NCBI RefSeq assembly: GCF_036588685.1
Contig: NC_086383.1
Span: forward strand, 71,114,001 to 71,178,000
DNA length: 64,000 bases
Source of the DNA: Mytilus trossulus
Taxonomy: Eukaryota
Direction: 5' to 3'
The notes under the pieces are model-generated. The model saw nothing but the letters and a program-made list of their open reading frames with translations, was not told where the DNA came from and searched no databases. A program made the position numbers and the translations under genes. Below, piece after piece: positions 51,303-64,000 of the stretch (position 1 is the first letter of the stretch; the number at the start of each line of letters is the position of its first letter).

Positions 51303-51878
51303 ATGGCAGACGCAACAGCAGCACCAGCAGTAGCACCAGCTAAATCACCAGAGAAAAAGGCAGCAGCCAAGCCAAAGAAGCCTTCCGCACATCCTAAATA
51401 CAGCGAGATGATTGGAAAAGCCATCGCCGCTTTGAAAGAACGTGGAGGTTCCTCAAGGCAAGCAATTCTGAAGTACATCATGGCCAACTTCAACGTCGGA
51501 AAAGATGCCAAGTCAGTAAATGCTCATTTAAAACTTGCACTCAGAGCCGGAGTTAAGAACAACAGTTTGAAGCAGTCCAAGGGAACTGGAGCATCCGGCT
51601 CTTTCAGAATTGGAGAGGCTAAAGTGGTTAAAAAGAAGCCAGCAAAGGCAAAAAAAGCAGCCAAACCTAAGGCCGCCAAGCCTAAGAAGGCAAAGACCAC
51701 ACCCAAGAAAAAGAAGCCAGCAGCAAAGAAACCAGCTGGAGAGAAAAAGGCGGCCAAACCAAAAGCAAAAAAACCAGCAGCAAAGAAAGCAGCCAAGCCA
51801 AAGAAGCCAGCAGCCAAGTCACCAGCCAAAAAGAAGGCAGCCAAACCAAAAGCCAAGAAGACACCAAAGAAGAAGTAA
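51303..51878 (+). CDS. H1: Linker histone H1, copy 15 (K17E variant)
   Basis: A>G at 51351 (AAG to GAG) changes SPKK to SPEK. Otherwise identical. Confidence 0.97.
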   Translation: MADATAAPAVAPAKSPEKKAAAKPKKPSAHPKYSEMIGKAIAALKERGGSSRQAILKYIMANFNVGKDAKSVNAHLKLALRAGVKNNSLKQSKGTGASGSFRIGEAKVVKKKPAKAKKAAKPKAAKPKKAKTTPKKKKPAAKKPAGEKKAAKPKAKKPAAKKAAKPKKPAAKSPAKKKAAKPKAKKTPKKK

Positions 51879-54828
51879 ACTGTTCCAGACTTCAGTCTGC
51901 AGAGGCTATTCAGCCACCAAAAGCCCTTTTAAGGGCTACCCAATTTATTCAAAAAGAATCTACAATTGTTGTACATTAGTTATCAAACTAAATCTAGCTG
52001 AGCCCTACTTTCTCTGAACTTTGCACTGGTCTCTGAAATATTTTTTTGGTCAAATTATTTCCATTGTTTGTTTTATTTCACTCCTTATGACTATACTATT
52101 TCTAACACCTAAATATGCAGCTGTTGTTTTGGATATTTTTTGTGTAGTTAGGCACCATTAAAGTTATATCAGTGTATTTTCACGCACTTGTTAGAACTGA
52201 ATAAAACTTTTTCTAATCAGTTTTCGTTAGAATGACAATCTACGAAAATAGGAAGTCATGCTAGGGTTTTATTGTGCTCTTTTTTTAGGGGGAAGGGGGT
52301 CAAAATCACACAGCTAACCTTCAACCGAAAAATCATTTTTGTCATTATATGAGTTTTTCCATTTCTCTCTTCTTCTTCGTGTTCAACTTGACTGACATTT
52401 TTAGTTGGACTTTTTCTACACGTATGCAAAGTCAAAGGTTGGCTCACTATTTCATATCAACTAGTCAATGGGGAGGTAACTCTGAAATTAAACTCAGTAC
52501 TTTTTTTCAGTACTATATAAATAAACTGTTAAAATGTACACAATACAAAAGATGTATAACGTATCGTCAAAATCAGATTAGTAGCAAATGAATGCAGTGA
52601 CGTTTGTCTGTTATATATTTATTTTTTTATTTATTATTTGTCAAAATTACTACAATAATATTGTGTATTAAAATTTAGAAGGAAACTCTAAAGTACGGAG
52701 GTTTTTGTTCAACATTTAACAGTTCTGCAATTATTTTGTCATTTTATTACCTGCGATTTATTATGCAAATTTCACTATTCTCTACCTTTCGAATTTCACC
52801 TTTGTTTTACTCGTGTATAAAATAAATGCACCTACTTGTTTCTATGTTTCTTTCAAATGGTTGTCCTGTGATTTTTCTCTTCTTTTTTCTCTCTGTTATT
52901 TAGTGTGTGACGACTTGACTGTATCTTTGCTATGTCTTTTTAATCTGTCGACAGCACGCGAGGTGAATCAACCCGAAACAATACAGTGACGTCACATGTG
53001 ACTACTGTGATGAACAAAAACAAGGATGGATGGACGGACAGTGGTACAAAAGTAAGAAAAAGTTATTTCTCTGATAACAGGTATCGCGTGAATTGTAGGT
53101 TCACGGTATAGGTTTTTTTCTCTCATTTTTGAAGATCATCTATACAATTGTCTATAATTGCTTACATCCACTTCATTTGAACTATGGTGGATAGTTGTCT
53201 CATTGGCAATCATACCACATCTCCTTCCTTATTTTCATATTGAAATGACAGCACCTTAACGACACACACAAACATAGCCTACTAGTATATACGTACATGG
53301 GAGACTGAGAAAATCTGTGCTTATTGGAAAATGATAAAAAAAAAAAAAATCTTTAAGGTATGCTATGACTAAGCTTAAAATATAAGGTAGATAGGGAGTA
53401 GGAAGCACACATATTCTTTTTTTTATTTGGCCTTAATGAAGAAGAAAACCACACACACAGCATATTACATCTTGTACTAACATCCATTAAACGCTATGCT
53501 AATATGTCTTCAAAAGAGAACCCTATTATATATCCCCCCTTTTTTCTCCGGATTTTGTTTTTTTGGAAAAAGGGGGAGGGGCTGGCGGTTTAGTTCAATA
53601 CAGTGGGAAAATGTTTTGCCCAAAGTCCAATGGTTCACACTGATGTGTTTTTGTCCTTCCGTCTCTTTTTAATCGTCCGTGTCACGGGATGCTGCTTCAC
53701 CCGTTACCGGTTCTGGGTTCACTTGCATAGCTTATATAGGTATAATGCATATGTATAGCTAGAGTCTTCACTGTGACACACATTCCCCTTTTTGAGGGGA
53801 AATAAATGAACTTTTGTAATTGTCCATTAAGATACAAATGATATGTACCACTTTCGAATTATAAAACTACAAAAATCTTCGTGTTTTGTTTTTGTTTTTG
53901 TTTGTATCGAAACTTTCAGGCGGCCAGGCCACTTTGAGCTCTGATCATCGGTTATTGATAATAAAATTAATTAAATATATTTTGTTGAAAAATATGGTAT
54001 ATTCTATAAGACATATTCGAGTTTTTGACTTGAAAGTGCGCAAATTGTACATGAAAATGGAAATAAAAGCGAATGTGCATCATACAGAACAGTTGTTCAG
54101 TGCCTGAGATCCACTGAAAACAAAGTCGCTCTCTGAAAAGTTCCCAACGCTAAATTAAATAAAAAGATGTTTCAAATTCGTATTCTAGATATTGGGTTTG
54201 TTCATTCGAATCTTGAATGTTTGCGAAATTTCGCTCGGGTTGAATAAAAATGTTATTTGAAGTTTTAGTAAAAATCTGCAATTAAACAATGGCGCGTGAA
54301 CTTTTTGTGTGTTTCCCTCTAGCTGGAAACAAACTTATTACGAGGAGGAACATGCTTCCAGTGAATAAAAACGGAAAGAAACCTAGAGAGAAATGATTTT
54401 TCTTCCGCTGTACAATTTTACGACGATAGAATATTTGTGTAATGAGAAAAACTCGTAAATTTTCTGTCAACATACCTGCGAAGACAATTCAGTCGGTTCT
54501 ACTTTAACTATTAATATCTTTTTACTGTGTACATCGAAAAATACACAGTTTATCTAACATGCAAGATTAATGACTGTTGAGCAATTTGGTATGCTATATG
54601 TGAATGTTTTTGATAGAATTATACTATAAATTATCATAAAAGTCTTCGAAGAAGCACATAATCATTTTACCGAGATCGCGTAATGGATTTTACAAGTTAT
54701 TTTTAAGGGTGTCTTCGTCGAGGTCCGCGTTCGTCTGTTATAAATAAACGAGGCCTGGAATGGCGTTATTTTCAAATCGTTATTCGTAGTATAAACTTCG
54801 TAAAGGATAATATTTTGAATCATTCAAA

Positions 54829-55404
54829 ATGGCAGACGCAACAGCAGCACCAGCAGTAGCACCAGCTAAATCACCAAAGAAAAAGGCAGCAGCCAAGCCA
54901 AAGAAGCCTTCCGCACATCCTAAATACAGCGAGATGATTGGAAAAGCCATCGCCGCTTTGAAAGAACGTGGAGGTTCCTCAAGGCAAGCAATTCTGAAGT
55001 ACATCATGGCCAACTTCAACGTCGGAAAAGATGCCAAGTCAGTAAATGCTCATTTAAAACTTGCACTCAGAGCCGGAGTTAAGAACAACAGTTTGAAGCA
55101 GTCCAAGGGAACTGGAGCATCCGGCTCTTTCAGAATTGGAGAGGCTAAAGTGGTTAAAAAGAAGCCAGCAAAGGCAAAAAAAGCAGCCAAACCTAAGGCC
55201 GCCAAGCCTAAGAAGGCAAAGACCACACCCAAGAAAAAGAAGCCAGCAGCAAAGAAACCAGCTGGAGAGAAAAAGGCGGCCAAACCAAAAGCAAAAAAAC
55301 CAGCAGCAAAGAAAGCAGCCAAGCCAAAGAAGCCAGCAGCCAAGTCACCAGCCAAAAAGAAGGCAGCCAAACCAAAAGCCAAGAAGACACCAAAGAAGAA
55401 GTAA
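54829..55404 (+). CDS. H1: Linker histone H1, copy 16
   Basis: Protein identical to copy 1. Confidence 0.98.
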   Translation: MADATAAPAVAPAKSPKKKAAAKPKKPSAHPKYSEMIGKAIAALKERGGSSRQAILKYIMANFNVGKDAKSVNAHLKLALRAGVKNNSLKQSKGTGASGSFRIGEAKVVKKKPAKAKKAAKPKAAKPKKAKTTPKKKKPAAKKPAGEKKAAKPKAKKPAAKKAAKPKKPAAKSPAKKKAAKPKAKKTPKKK

Positions 55405-58354
55405 ACTGTTCCAGACTTCAGTCTGCAGAGGCTATTCAGCCACCAAAAGCCCTTTTAAGGGCTACCCAATTTATTCAAAAAGAATCTACAATTGTTGTAC
55501 ATTAGTTATCAAACTAAATCTAGCTGAGCCCTACTTTCTCTGAACTTTGCACTGGTCTCTGAAATATTTTTTTGGTCAAATTATTTCCATTGTTTGTTTT
55601 ATTTCACTCCTTATGACTATACTATTTCTAACACCTAAATATGCAGCTGTTGTTTTGGATATTTTTTGTGTAGTTAGGCACCATTAAAGTTATATCAGTG
55701 TATTTTCACGCACTTGTTAGAACCGAATAAAACTTTTTCTAATCAGTTTTCGTTAGAATGACAATCTACGAAAATAGGAAGTCATGCTAGGGTTTTATTG
55801 TGCTCTTTTTTTAGGGGGAAGGGGGTCAAAATCACACAGCTAACCTTCAACCGAAAAATCATTTTTGTCATTATATGAGTTTTTCCATTTCTCTCTTCTT
55901 CTTCGTGTTCAACTTGACTGACATTTTTAGTTGGACTTTTTCTACACGTATGCAAAGTCAAAGGTTGGCTCACTATTTCATATCAACTAGTCAATGGGGA
56001 GGTAACTCTGAAATTAAACTCAGTACTTTTTTTCAGTACTATATAAATAAACTGTTAAAATGTACACAATACAAAAGATGTATAACGTATCGTCAAAATC
56101 AGATTAGTAGCAAATGAATGCAGTGACGTTTGTCTGTTATATATTTATTTTTTTATTTATTATTTGTCAAAATTACTACAATAATATTGTGTATTAAAAT
56201 TTAGAAGGAAACTCTAAAGTACGGAGGTTTTTGTTCAACATTTAACAGTTCTGCAATTATTTTGTCATTTTATTACCTGCGATTTATTATGCAAATTTCA
56301 CTATTCTCTACCTTTCGAATTTCACCTTTGTTTTACTCGTGTATAAAATAAATGCACCTACTTGTTTCTATGTTTCTTTCAAATGGTTGTCCTGTGATTT
56401 TTCTCTTCTTTTTTCTCTCTGTTATTTAGTGTGTGACGACTTGACTGTATCTTTGCTATGTCTTTTTAATCTGTCGACAGCACGCGAGGTGAATCAACCC
56501 GAAACAATACAGTGACGTCACATGTGACTACTGTGATGAACAAAAACAAGGATGGATGGACGGACAGTGGTACAAAAGTAAGAAAAAGTTATTTCTCTGA
56601 TAACAGGTATCGCGTGAATTGTAGGTTCACGGTATAGGTTTTTTTCTCTCATTTTTGAAGATCATCTATACAGTTGTCTATAATTGCTTACATCCACTTC
56701 ATTTGAACTATGGTGGATAGTTGTCTCATTGGCAATCATACCACATCTCCTTCCTTATTTTCATATTGAAATGACAGCACCTTAACGACACACACAAACA
56801 TAGCCTACTAGTATATACGTACATGGGAGACTGAGAAAATCTGTGCTTATTGGAAAATGATAAAAAAAAAAAAAATCTTTAAGGTATGCTATGACTAAGC
56901 TTAAAATATAAGGTAGATAGGGAGTAGGAAGCACACATATTCTTTTTTTTATTTGGCCTTAATGAAGAAGAAAACCACACACACAGCATATTACATCTTG
57001 TACTAACATCCATTAAACGCTATGCTAATATGTCTTCAAAAGAGAACCCTATTATATATCCCCCCTTTTTTCTCCGGATTTTGTTTTTTTGGAAAAAGGG
57101 GGAGGGGCTGGCGGTTTAGTTCAATACAGTGGGAAAATGTTTTGCCCAAAGTCCAATGGTTCACACTGATGTGTTTTTGTCCTTCCGTCTCTTTTTAATC
57201 GTCCGTGTCACGGGATGCTGCTTCACCCGTTACCGGTTCTGGGTTCACTTGCATAGCTTATATAGGTATAATGCATATGTATAGCTAGAGTCTTCACTGT
57301 GACACACATTCCCCTTTTTGAGGGGAAATAAATGAACTTTTGTAATTGTCCATTAAGATACAAATGATATGTACCACTTTCGAATTATAAAACTACAAAA
57401 ATCTTCGTGTTTTGTTTTTGTTTTTGTTTGTATCGAAACTTTCAGGCGGCCAGGCCACTTTGAGCTCTGATCATCGGTTATTGATAATAAAATTAATTAA
57501 ATATATTTTGTTGAAAAATATGGTATATTCTATAAGACATATTCGAGTTTTTGACTTGAAAGTGCGCAAATTGTACATGAAAATGGAAATAAAAGCGAAT
57601 GTGCATCATACAGAACAGTTGTTCAGTGCCTGAGATCCACTGAAAACAAAGTCGCTCTCTGAAAAGTTCCCAACGCTAAATTAAATAAAAAGATGTTTCA
57701 AATTCGTATTCTAGATATTGGGTTTGTTCATTCGAATCTTGAATGTTTGCGAAATTTCGCTCGGGTTGAATAAAAATGTTATTTGAAGTTTTAGTAAAAA
57801 TCTGCAATTAAACAATGGCGCGTGAACTTTTTGTGTGTTTCCCTCTAGCTGGAAACAAACTTATTACGAGGAGGAACATGCTTCCAGTGAATAAAAACGG
57901 AAAGAAACCTAGAGAGAAATGATTTTTCTTCCGCTGTACAATTTTACGACGATAGAATATTTGTGTAATGAGAAAAACTCGTAAATTTTCTGTCAACATA
58001 CCTGCGAAGACAATTCAGTCGGTTCTACTTTAACTATTAATATCTTTTTACTGTGTACATCGAAAAATACACAGTTTATCTAACATGCAAGATTAATGAC
58101 TGTTGAGCAATTTGGTATGCTATATGTGAATGTTTTTGATAGAATTATACTATAAATTATCATAAAAGTCTTCGAAGAAGCACATAATCATTTTACCGAG
58201 ATCGCGTAATGGATTTTACAAGTTATTTTTAAGGGTGTCTTCGTCGAGGTCCGCGTTCGTCTGTTATAAATAAACGAGGCCTGGAATGGCGTTATTTTCA
58301 AATCGTTATTCGTAGTATAAACTTCGTAAAGGATAATATTTTGAATCATTCAAA

Positions 58355-58930
58355 ATGGCAGACGCAACAGCAGCACCAGCAGTAGCACCAGCTAAATCAC
58401 CAAAGAAAAAGGCAGCAGCCAAGCCAAAGAAGCCTTCCGCACATCCTAAATACAGCGAGATGATTGGAAAAGCCATCGCCGCTTTGAAAGAACGTGGAGG
58501 TTCCTCAAGGCAAGCAATTCTGAAGTACATCATGGCCAACTTCAACGTCGGAAAAGATGCCAAGTCAGTAAATGCTCATTTAAAACTTGCACTCAGAGCC
58601 GGAGTTAAGAACAACAGTTTGAAGCAGTCCAAGGGAACTGGAGCATCCGGCTCTTTCAGAATTGGAGAGGCTAAAGTGGTTAAAAAGAAGCCAGCAAAGG
58701 CAAAAAAAGCAGCCAAACCTAAGGCCGCCAAGCCTAAGAAGGCAAAGACCACACCCAAGAAAAAGAAGCCAGCAGCAAAGAAACCAGCTGGAGAGAAAAA
58801 GGCGGCCAAACCAAAAGCAAAAAAACCAGCAGCAAAGAAAGCAGCCAAGCCAAAGAAGCCAGCAGCCAAGTCACCAGCCAAAAAGAAGGCAGCCAAACCA
58901 AAAGCCAAGAAGACACCAAAGAAGAAGTAA
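58355..58930 (+). CDS. H1: Linker histone H1, copy 17
   Basis: Protein identical to copy 1. Confidence 0.98.
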   Translation: MADATAAPAVAPAKSPKKKAAAKPKKPSAHPKYSEMIGKAIAALKERGGSSRQAILKYIMANFNVGKDAKSVNAHLKLALRAGVKNNSLKQSKGTGASGSFRIGEAKVVKKKPAKAKKAAKPKAAKPKKAKTTPKKKKPAAKKPAGEKKAAKPKAKKPAAKKAAKPKKPAAKSPAKKKAAKPKAKKTPKKK

Positions 58931-61880
58931 ACTGTTCCAGACTTCAGTCTGCAGAGGCTATTCAGCCACCAAAAGCCCTTTTAAGGGCTACCCAATTTAT
59001 TCAAAAAGAATCTACAATTGTTGTACATTAGTTATCAAACTAAATCTAGCTGAGCCCTACTTTCTCTGAACTTTGCACTGGTCTCTGAAATATTTTTTTG
59101 GTCAAATTATTTCCATTGTTTGTTTTATTTCACTCCTTATGACTATACTATTTCTAACACCTAAATATGCAGCTGTTGTTTTGGATATTTTTTGTGTAGT
59201 TAGGCACCATTAAAGTTATATCAGTGTATTTTCACGCACTTGTTAGAACTGAATAAAACTTTTTCTAATCAGTTTTCGTTAGAATGACAATCTACGAAAA
59301 TAGGAAGTCATGCTAGGGTTTTATTGTGCTCTTTTTTTAGGGGGAAGGGGGTCAAAATCACACAGCTAACCTTCAACCGAAAAATCATTTTTGTCATTAT
59401 ATGAGTTTTTCCATTTCTCTCTTCTTCTTCGTGTTCAACTTGACTGACATTTTTAGTTGGACTTTTTCTACACGTATGCAAAGTCAAAGGTTGGCTCACT
59501 ATTTCATATCAACTAGTCAATGGGGAGGTAACTCTGAAATTAAACTCAGTACTTTTTTTCAGTACTATATAAATAAACTGTTAAAATGTACACAATACAA
59601 AAGATGTATAACGTATCGTCAAAATCAGATTAGTAGCAAATGAATGCAGTGACGTTTGTCTGTTATATATTTATTTTTTTATTTATTATTTGTCAAAATT
59701 ACTACAATAATATTGTGTATTAAAATTTAGAAGGAAACTCTAAAGTACGGAGGTTTTTGTTCAACATTTAACAGTTCTGCAATTATTTTGTCATTTTATT
59801 ACCTGCGATTTATTATGCAAATTTCACTATTCTCTACCTTTCGAATTTCACCTTTGTTTTACTCGTGTATAAAATAAATGCACCTACTTGTTTCTATGTT
59901 TCTTTCAAATGGTTGTCCTGTGATTTTTCTCTTCTTTTTTCTCTCTGTTATTTAGTGTGTGACGACTTGACTGTATCTTTGCTATGTCTTTTTAATCTGT
60001 CGACAGCACGCGAGGTGAATCAACCCGAAACAATACAGTGACGTCACATGTGACTACTGTGATGAACAAAAACAAGGATGGATGGACGGACAGTGGTACA
60101 AAAGTAAGAAAAAGTTATTTCTCTGATAACAGGTATCGCGTGAATTGTAGGTTCACGGTATAGGTTTTTTTCTCTCATTTTTGAAGATCATCTATACAGT
60201 TGTCTATAATTGCTTACATCCACTTCATTTGAACTATGGTGGATAGTTGTCTCATTGGCAATCATACCACATCTCCTTCCTTATTTTCATATTGAAATGA
60301 CAGCACCTTAACGACACACACAAACATAGCCTACTAGTATATACGTACATGGGAGACTGAGAAAATCTGTGCTTATTGGAAAATGATAAAAAAAAAAAAA
60401 ATCTTTAAGGTATGCTATGACTAAGCTTAAAATATAAGGTAGATAGGGAGTAGGAAGCACACATATTCTTTTTTTTATTTGGCCTTAATGAAGAAGAAAA
60501 CCACACACACAGCATATTACATCTTGTACTAACATCCATTAAACGCTATGCTAATATGTCTTCAAAAGAGAACCCTATTATATATCCCCCCTTTTTTCTC
60601 CGGATTTTGTTTTTTTGGAAAAAGGGGGAGGGGCTGGCGGTTTAGTTCAATACAGTGGGAAAATGTTTTGCCCAAAGTCCAATGGTTCACACTGATGTGT
60701 TTTTGTCCTTCCGTCTCTTTTTAATCGTCCGTGTCACGGGATGCTGCTTCACCCGTTACCGGTTCTGGGTTCACTTGCATAGCTTATATAGGTATAATGC
60801 ATATGTATAGCTAGAGTCTTCACTGTGACACACATTCCCCTTTTTGAGGGGAAATAAATGAACTTTTGTAATTGTCCATTAAGATACAAATGATATGTAC
60901 CACTTTCGAATTATAAAACTACAAAAATCTTCGTGTTTTGTTTTTGTTTTTGTTTGTATCGAAACTTTCAGGCGGCCAGGCCACTTTGAGCTCTGATCAT
61001 CGGTTATTGATAATAAAATTAATTAAATATATTTTGTTGAAAAATATGGTATATTCTATAAGACATATTCGAGTTTTTGACTTGAAAGTGCGCAAATTGT
61101 ACATGAAAATGGAAATAAAAGCGAATGTGCATCATACAGAACAGTTGTTCAGTGCCTGAGATCCACTGAAAACAAAGTCGCTCTCTGAAAAGTTCCCAAC
61201 GCTAAATTAAATAAAAAGATGTTTCAAATTCGTATTCTAGATATTGGGTTTGTTCATTCGAATCTTGAATGTTTGCGAAATTTCGCTCGGGTTGAATAAA
61301 AATGTTATTTGAAGTTTTAGTAAAAATCTGCAATTAAACAATGGCGCGTGAACTTTTTGTGTGTTTCCCTCTAGCTGGAAACAAACTTATTACGAGGAGG
61401 AACATGCTTCCAGTGAATAAAAACGGAAAGAAACCTAGAGAGAAATGATTTTTCTTCCGCTGTACAATTTTACGACGATAGAATATTTGTGTAATGAGAA
61501 AAACTCGTAAATTTTCTGTCAACATACCTGCGAAGACAATTCAGTCGGTTCTACTTTAACTATTAATATCTTTTTACTGTGTACATCGAAAAATACACAG
61601 TTTATCTAACATGCAAGATTAATGACTGTTGAGCAATTTGGTATGCTATATGTGAATGTTTTTGATAGAATTATACTATAAATTATCATAAAAGTCTTCG
61701 AAGAAGCACATAATCATTTTACCGAGATCGCGTAATGGATTTTACAAGTTATTTTTAAGGGTGTCTTCGTCGAGGTCCGCGTTCGTCTGTTATAAATAAA
61801 CGAGGCCTGGAATGGCGTTATTTTCAAATCGTTATTCGTAGTATAAACTTCGTAAAGGATAATATTTTGAATCATTCAAA

Positions 61881-62456
61881 ATGGCAGACGCAACAGCAGC
61901 ACCAGCAGTAGCACCAGCTAAATCACCAAAGAAAAAGGCAGCAGCCAAGCCAAAGAAGCCTTCCGCACATCCTAAATACAGCGAGATGATTGGAAAAGCC
62001 ATCGCCGCTTTGAAAGAACGTGGAGGTTCCTCAAGGCAAGCAATTCTGAAGTACATCATGGCCAACTTCAACGTCGGAAAAGATGCCAAGTCAGTAAATG
62101 CTCATTTAAAACTTGCACTCAGAGCCGGAGTTAAGAACAACAGTTTGAAGCAGTCCAAGGGAACTGGAGCATCCGGCTCTTTCAGAATTGGAGAGGCTAA
62201 AGTGGTTAAAAAGAAGCCAGCAAAGGCAAAAAAAGCAGCCAAACCTAAGGCCGCCAAGCCTAAGAAGGCAAAGACCACACCCAAGAAAAAGAAGCCAGCA
62301 GCAAAGAAACCAGCTGGAGAGAAAAAGGCGGCCAAACCAAAAGCAAAAAAACCAGCAGCAAAGAAAGCAGCCAAGCCAAAGAAGCCAGCAGCCAAGTCAC
62401 CAGCCAAAAAGAAGGCAGCCAAACCAAAAGCCAAGAAGACACCAAAGAAGAAGTAA
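61881..62456 (+). CDS. H1: Linker histone H1, copy 18
   Basis: Protein identical to copy 1. Confidence 0.98.
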   Translation: MADATAAPAVAPAKSPKKKAAAKPKKPSAHPKYSEMIGKAIAALKERGGSSRQAILKYIMANFNVGKDAKSVNAHLKLALRAGVKNNSLKQSKGTGASGSFRIGEAKVVKKKPAKAKKAAKPKAAKPKKAKTTPKKKKPAAKKPAGEKKAAKPKAKKPAAKKAAKPKKPAAKSPAKKKAAKPKAKKTPKKK

Positions 62457-64000
62457 ACTGTTCCAGACTTCAGTCTGCAGAGGCTATTCAGCCACCAAAA
62501 GCCCTTTTAAGGGCTACCCAATTTATTCAAAAAGAATCTACAATTGTTGTACATTAGTTATCAAACTAAATCTAGCTGAGCCCTACTTTCTCTGAACTTT
62601 GCACTGGTCTCTGAAATATTTTTTTGGTCAAATTATTTCCATTGTTTGTTTTATTTCACTCCTTATGACTATACTATTTCTAACACCTAAATATGCAGCT
62701 GTTGTTTTGGATATTTTTTGTGTAGTTAGGCACCATTAAAGTTATATCAGTGTATTTTCACGCACTTGTTAGAACTGAATAAAACTTTTTCTAATCAGTT
62801 TTCGTTAGAATGACAATCTACGAAAATAGGAAGTCATGCTAGGGTTTTATTGTGCTCTTTTTTTAGGGGGAAGGGGGTCAAAATCACACAGCTAACCTTC
62901 AACCGAAAAATCATTTTTGTCATTATATGAGTTTTTCCATTTCTCTCTTCTTCTTCGTGTTCAACTTGACTGACATTTTTAGTTGGACTTTTTCTACACG
63001 TATGCAAAGTCAAAGGTTGGCTCACTATTTCATATCAACTAGTCAATGGGGAGGTAACTCTGAAATTAAACTCAGTACTTTTTTTCAGTACTATATAAAT
63101 AAACTGTTAAAATGTACACAATACAAAAGATGTATAACGTATCGTCAAAATCAGATTAGTAGCAAATGAATGCAGTGACGTTTGTCTGTTATATATTTAT
63201 TTTTTTATTTATTATTTGTCAAAATTACTACAATAATATTGTGTATTAAAATTTAGAAGGAAACTCTAAAGTACGGAGGTTTTTGTTCAACATTTAACAG
63301 TTCTGCAATTATTTTGTCATTTTATTACCTGCGATTTATTATGCAAATTTCACTATTCTCTACCTTTCGAATTTCACCTTTGTTTTACTCGTGTATAAAA
63401 TAAATGCACCTACTTGTTTCTATGTTTCTTTCAAATGGTTGTCCTGTGATTTTTCTCTTCTTTTTTCTCTCTGTTATTTAGTGTGTGACGACTTGACTGT
63501 ATCTTTGCTATGTCTTTTTAATCTGTCGACAGCACGCGAGGTGAATCAACCCGAAACAATACAGTGACGTCACATGTGACTACTGTGATGAACAAAAACA
63601 AGGATGGATGGACGGACAGTGGTACAAAAGTAAGAAAAAGTTATTTCTCTGATAACAGGTATCGCGTGAATTGTAGGTTCACGGTATAGGTTTTTTTCTC
63701 TCATTTTTGAAGATCATCTATACAGTTGTCTATAATTGCTTACATCCACTTCATTTGAACTATGGTGGATAGTTGTCTCATTGGCAATCATACCACATCT
63801 CCTTCCTTATTTTCATATTGAAATGACAGCACCTTAACGACACACACAAACATAGCCTACTAGTATATACGTACATGGGAGACTGAGAAAATCTGTGCTT
63901 ATTGGAAAATGATAAAAAAAAAAAAAATCTTTAAGGTATGCTATGACTAAGCTTAAAATATAAGGTAGATAGGGAGTAGGAAGCACACATATTCTTTTTT

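Larger units (their letters stand above)
43068..64000 (+). repeat. Tandem array block 3: ~5.9 copies of the unit, running off the window end
   Basis: H1 starts at 44251, 47777, 51303, 54829, 58355 and 61881, a spacing of 3526. Confidence 0.99.

Noticed and set aside
1-64000. CRISPR-like or prokaryotic repeat system, or an autonomous transposon
   Set aside because: The repeats are whole 3.5-kb eukaryotic gene units with no variable spacers. There is no transposase, reverse transcriptase or Rep/helicase ORF.

Overview
Eukaryotic DNA, very likely from a bivalve (Mytilus-like). The whole 64 kb is a tandem array of one ~3,526-bp unit, about 18 units in total. Each unit carries a single intronless linker-histone H1 gene (191 aa, H1.0/H5-like globular domain), and no core-histone, 5S rRNA or other gene is recognisable. 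There are 18 H1 CDS copies: 5 on + (1-16660), 7 on - (16761-42967) and 6 on + (43068-64000). Both orientation flips fall exactly on 100-N scaffold gaps, so they are probably assembly joins. Each gene has a replication-independent-type promoter (candidate TG box, H1 box-like, H4 box, TATA). Its 3' end combines a histone stem-loop and purine-rich element with downstream candidate poly(A) hexamers. The units are almost identical: I saw 8 differences by eye, two of them protein-altering (deletion of M36 in copy 2, K17E in copy 15). The spacer holds probable fragments of interspersed repeats and several palindromes. The organisation matches the H1-only 'orphon' arrays known from mussels, and I see no evidence of a wholly new multi-gene system. 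The new-looking details are fine-scale: three tandem 3'UTR hairpins, a palindrome over the start codon, a distal TG box and a CRE/E-box composite. All other ORFs in the track are shadow or spacer ORFs.
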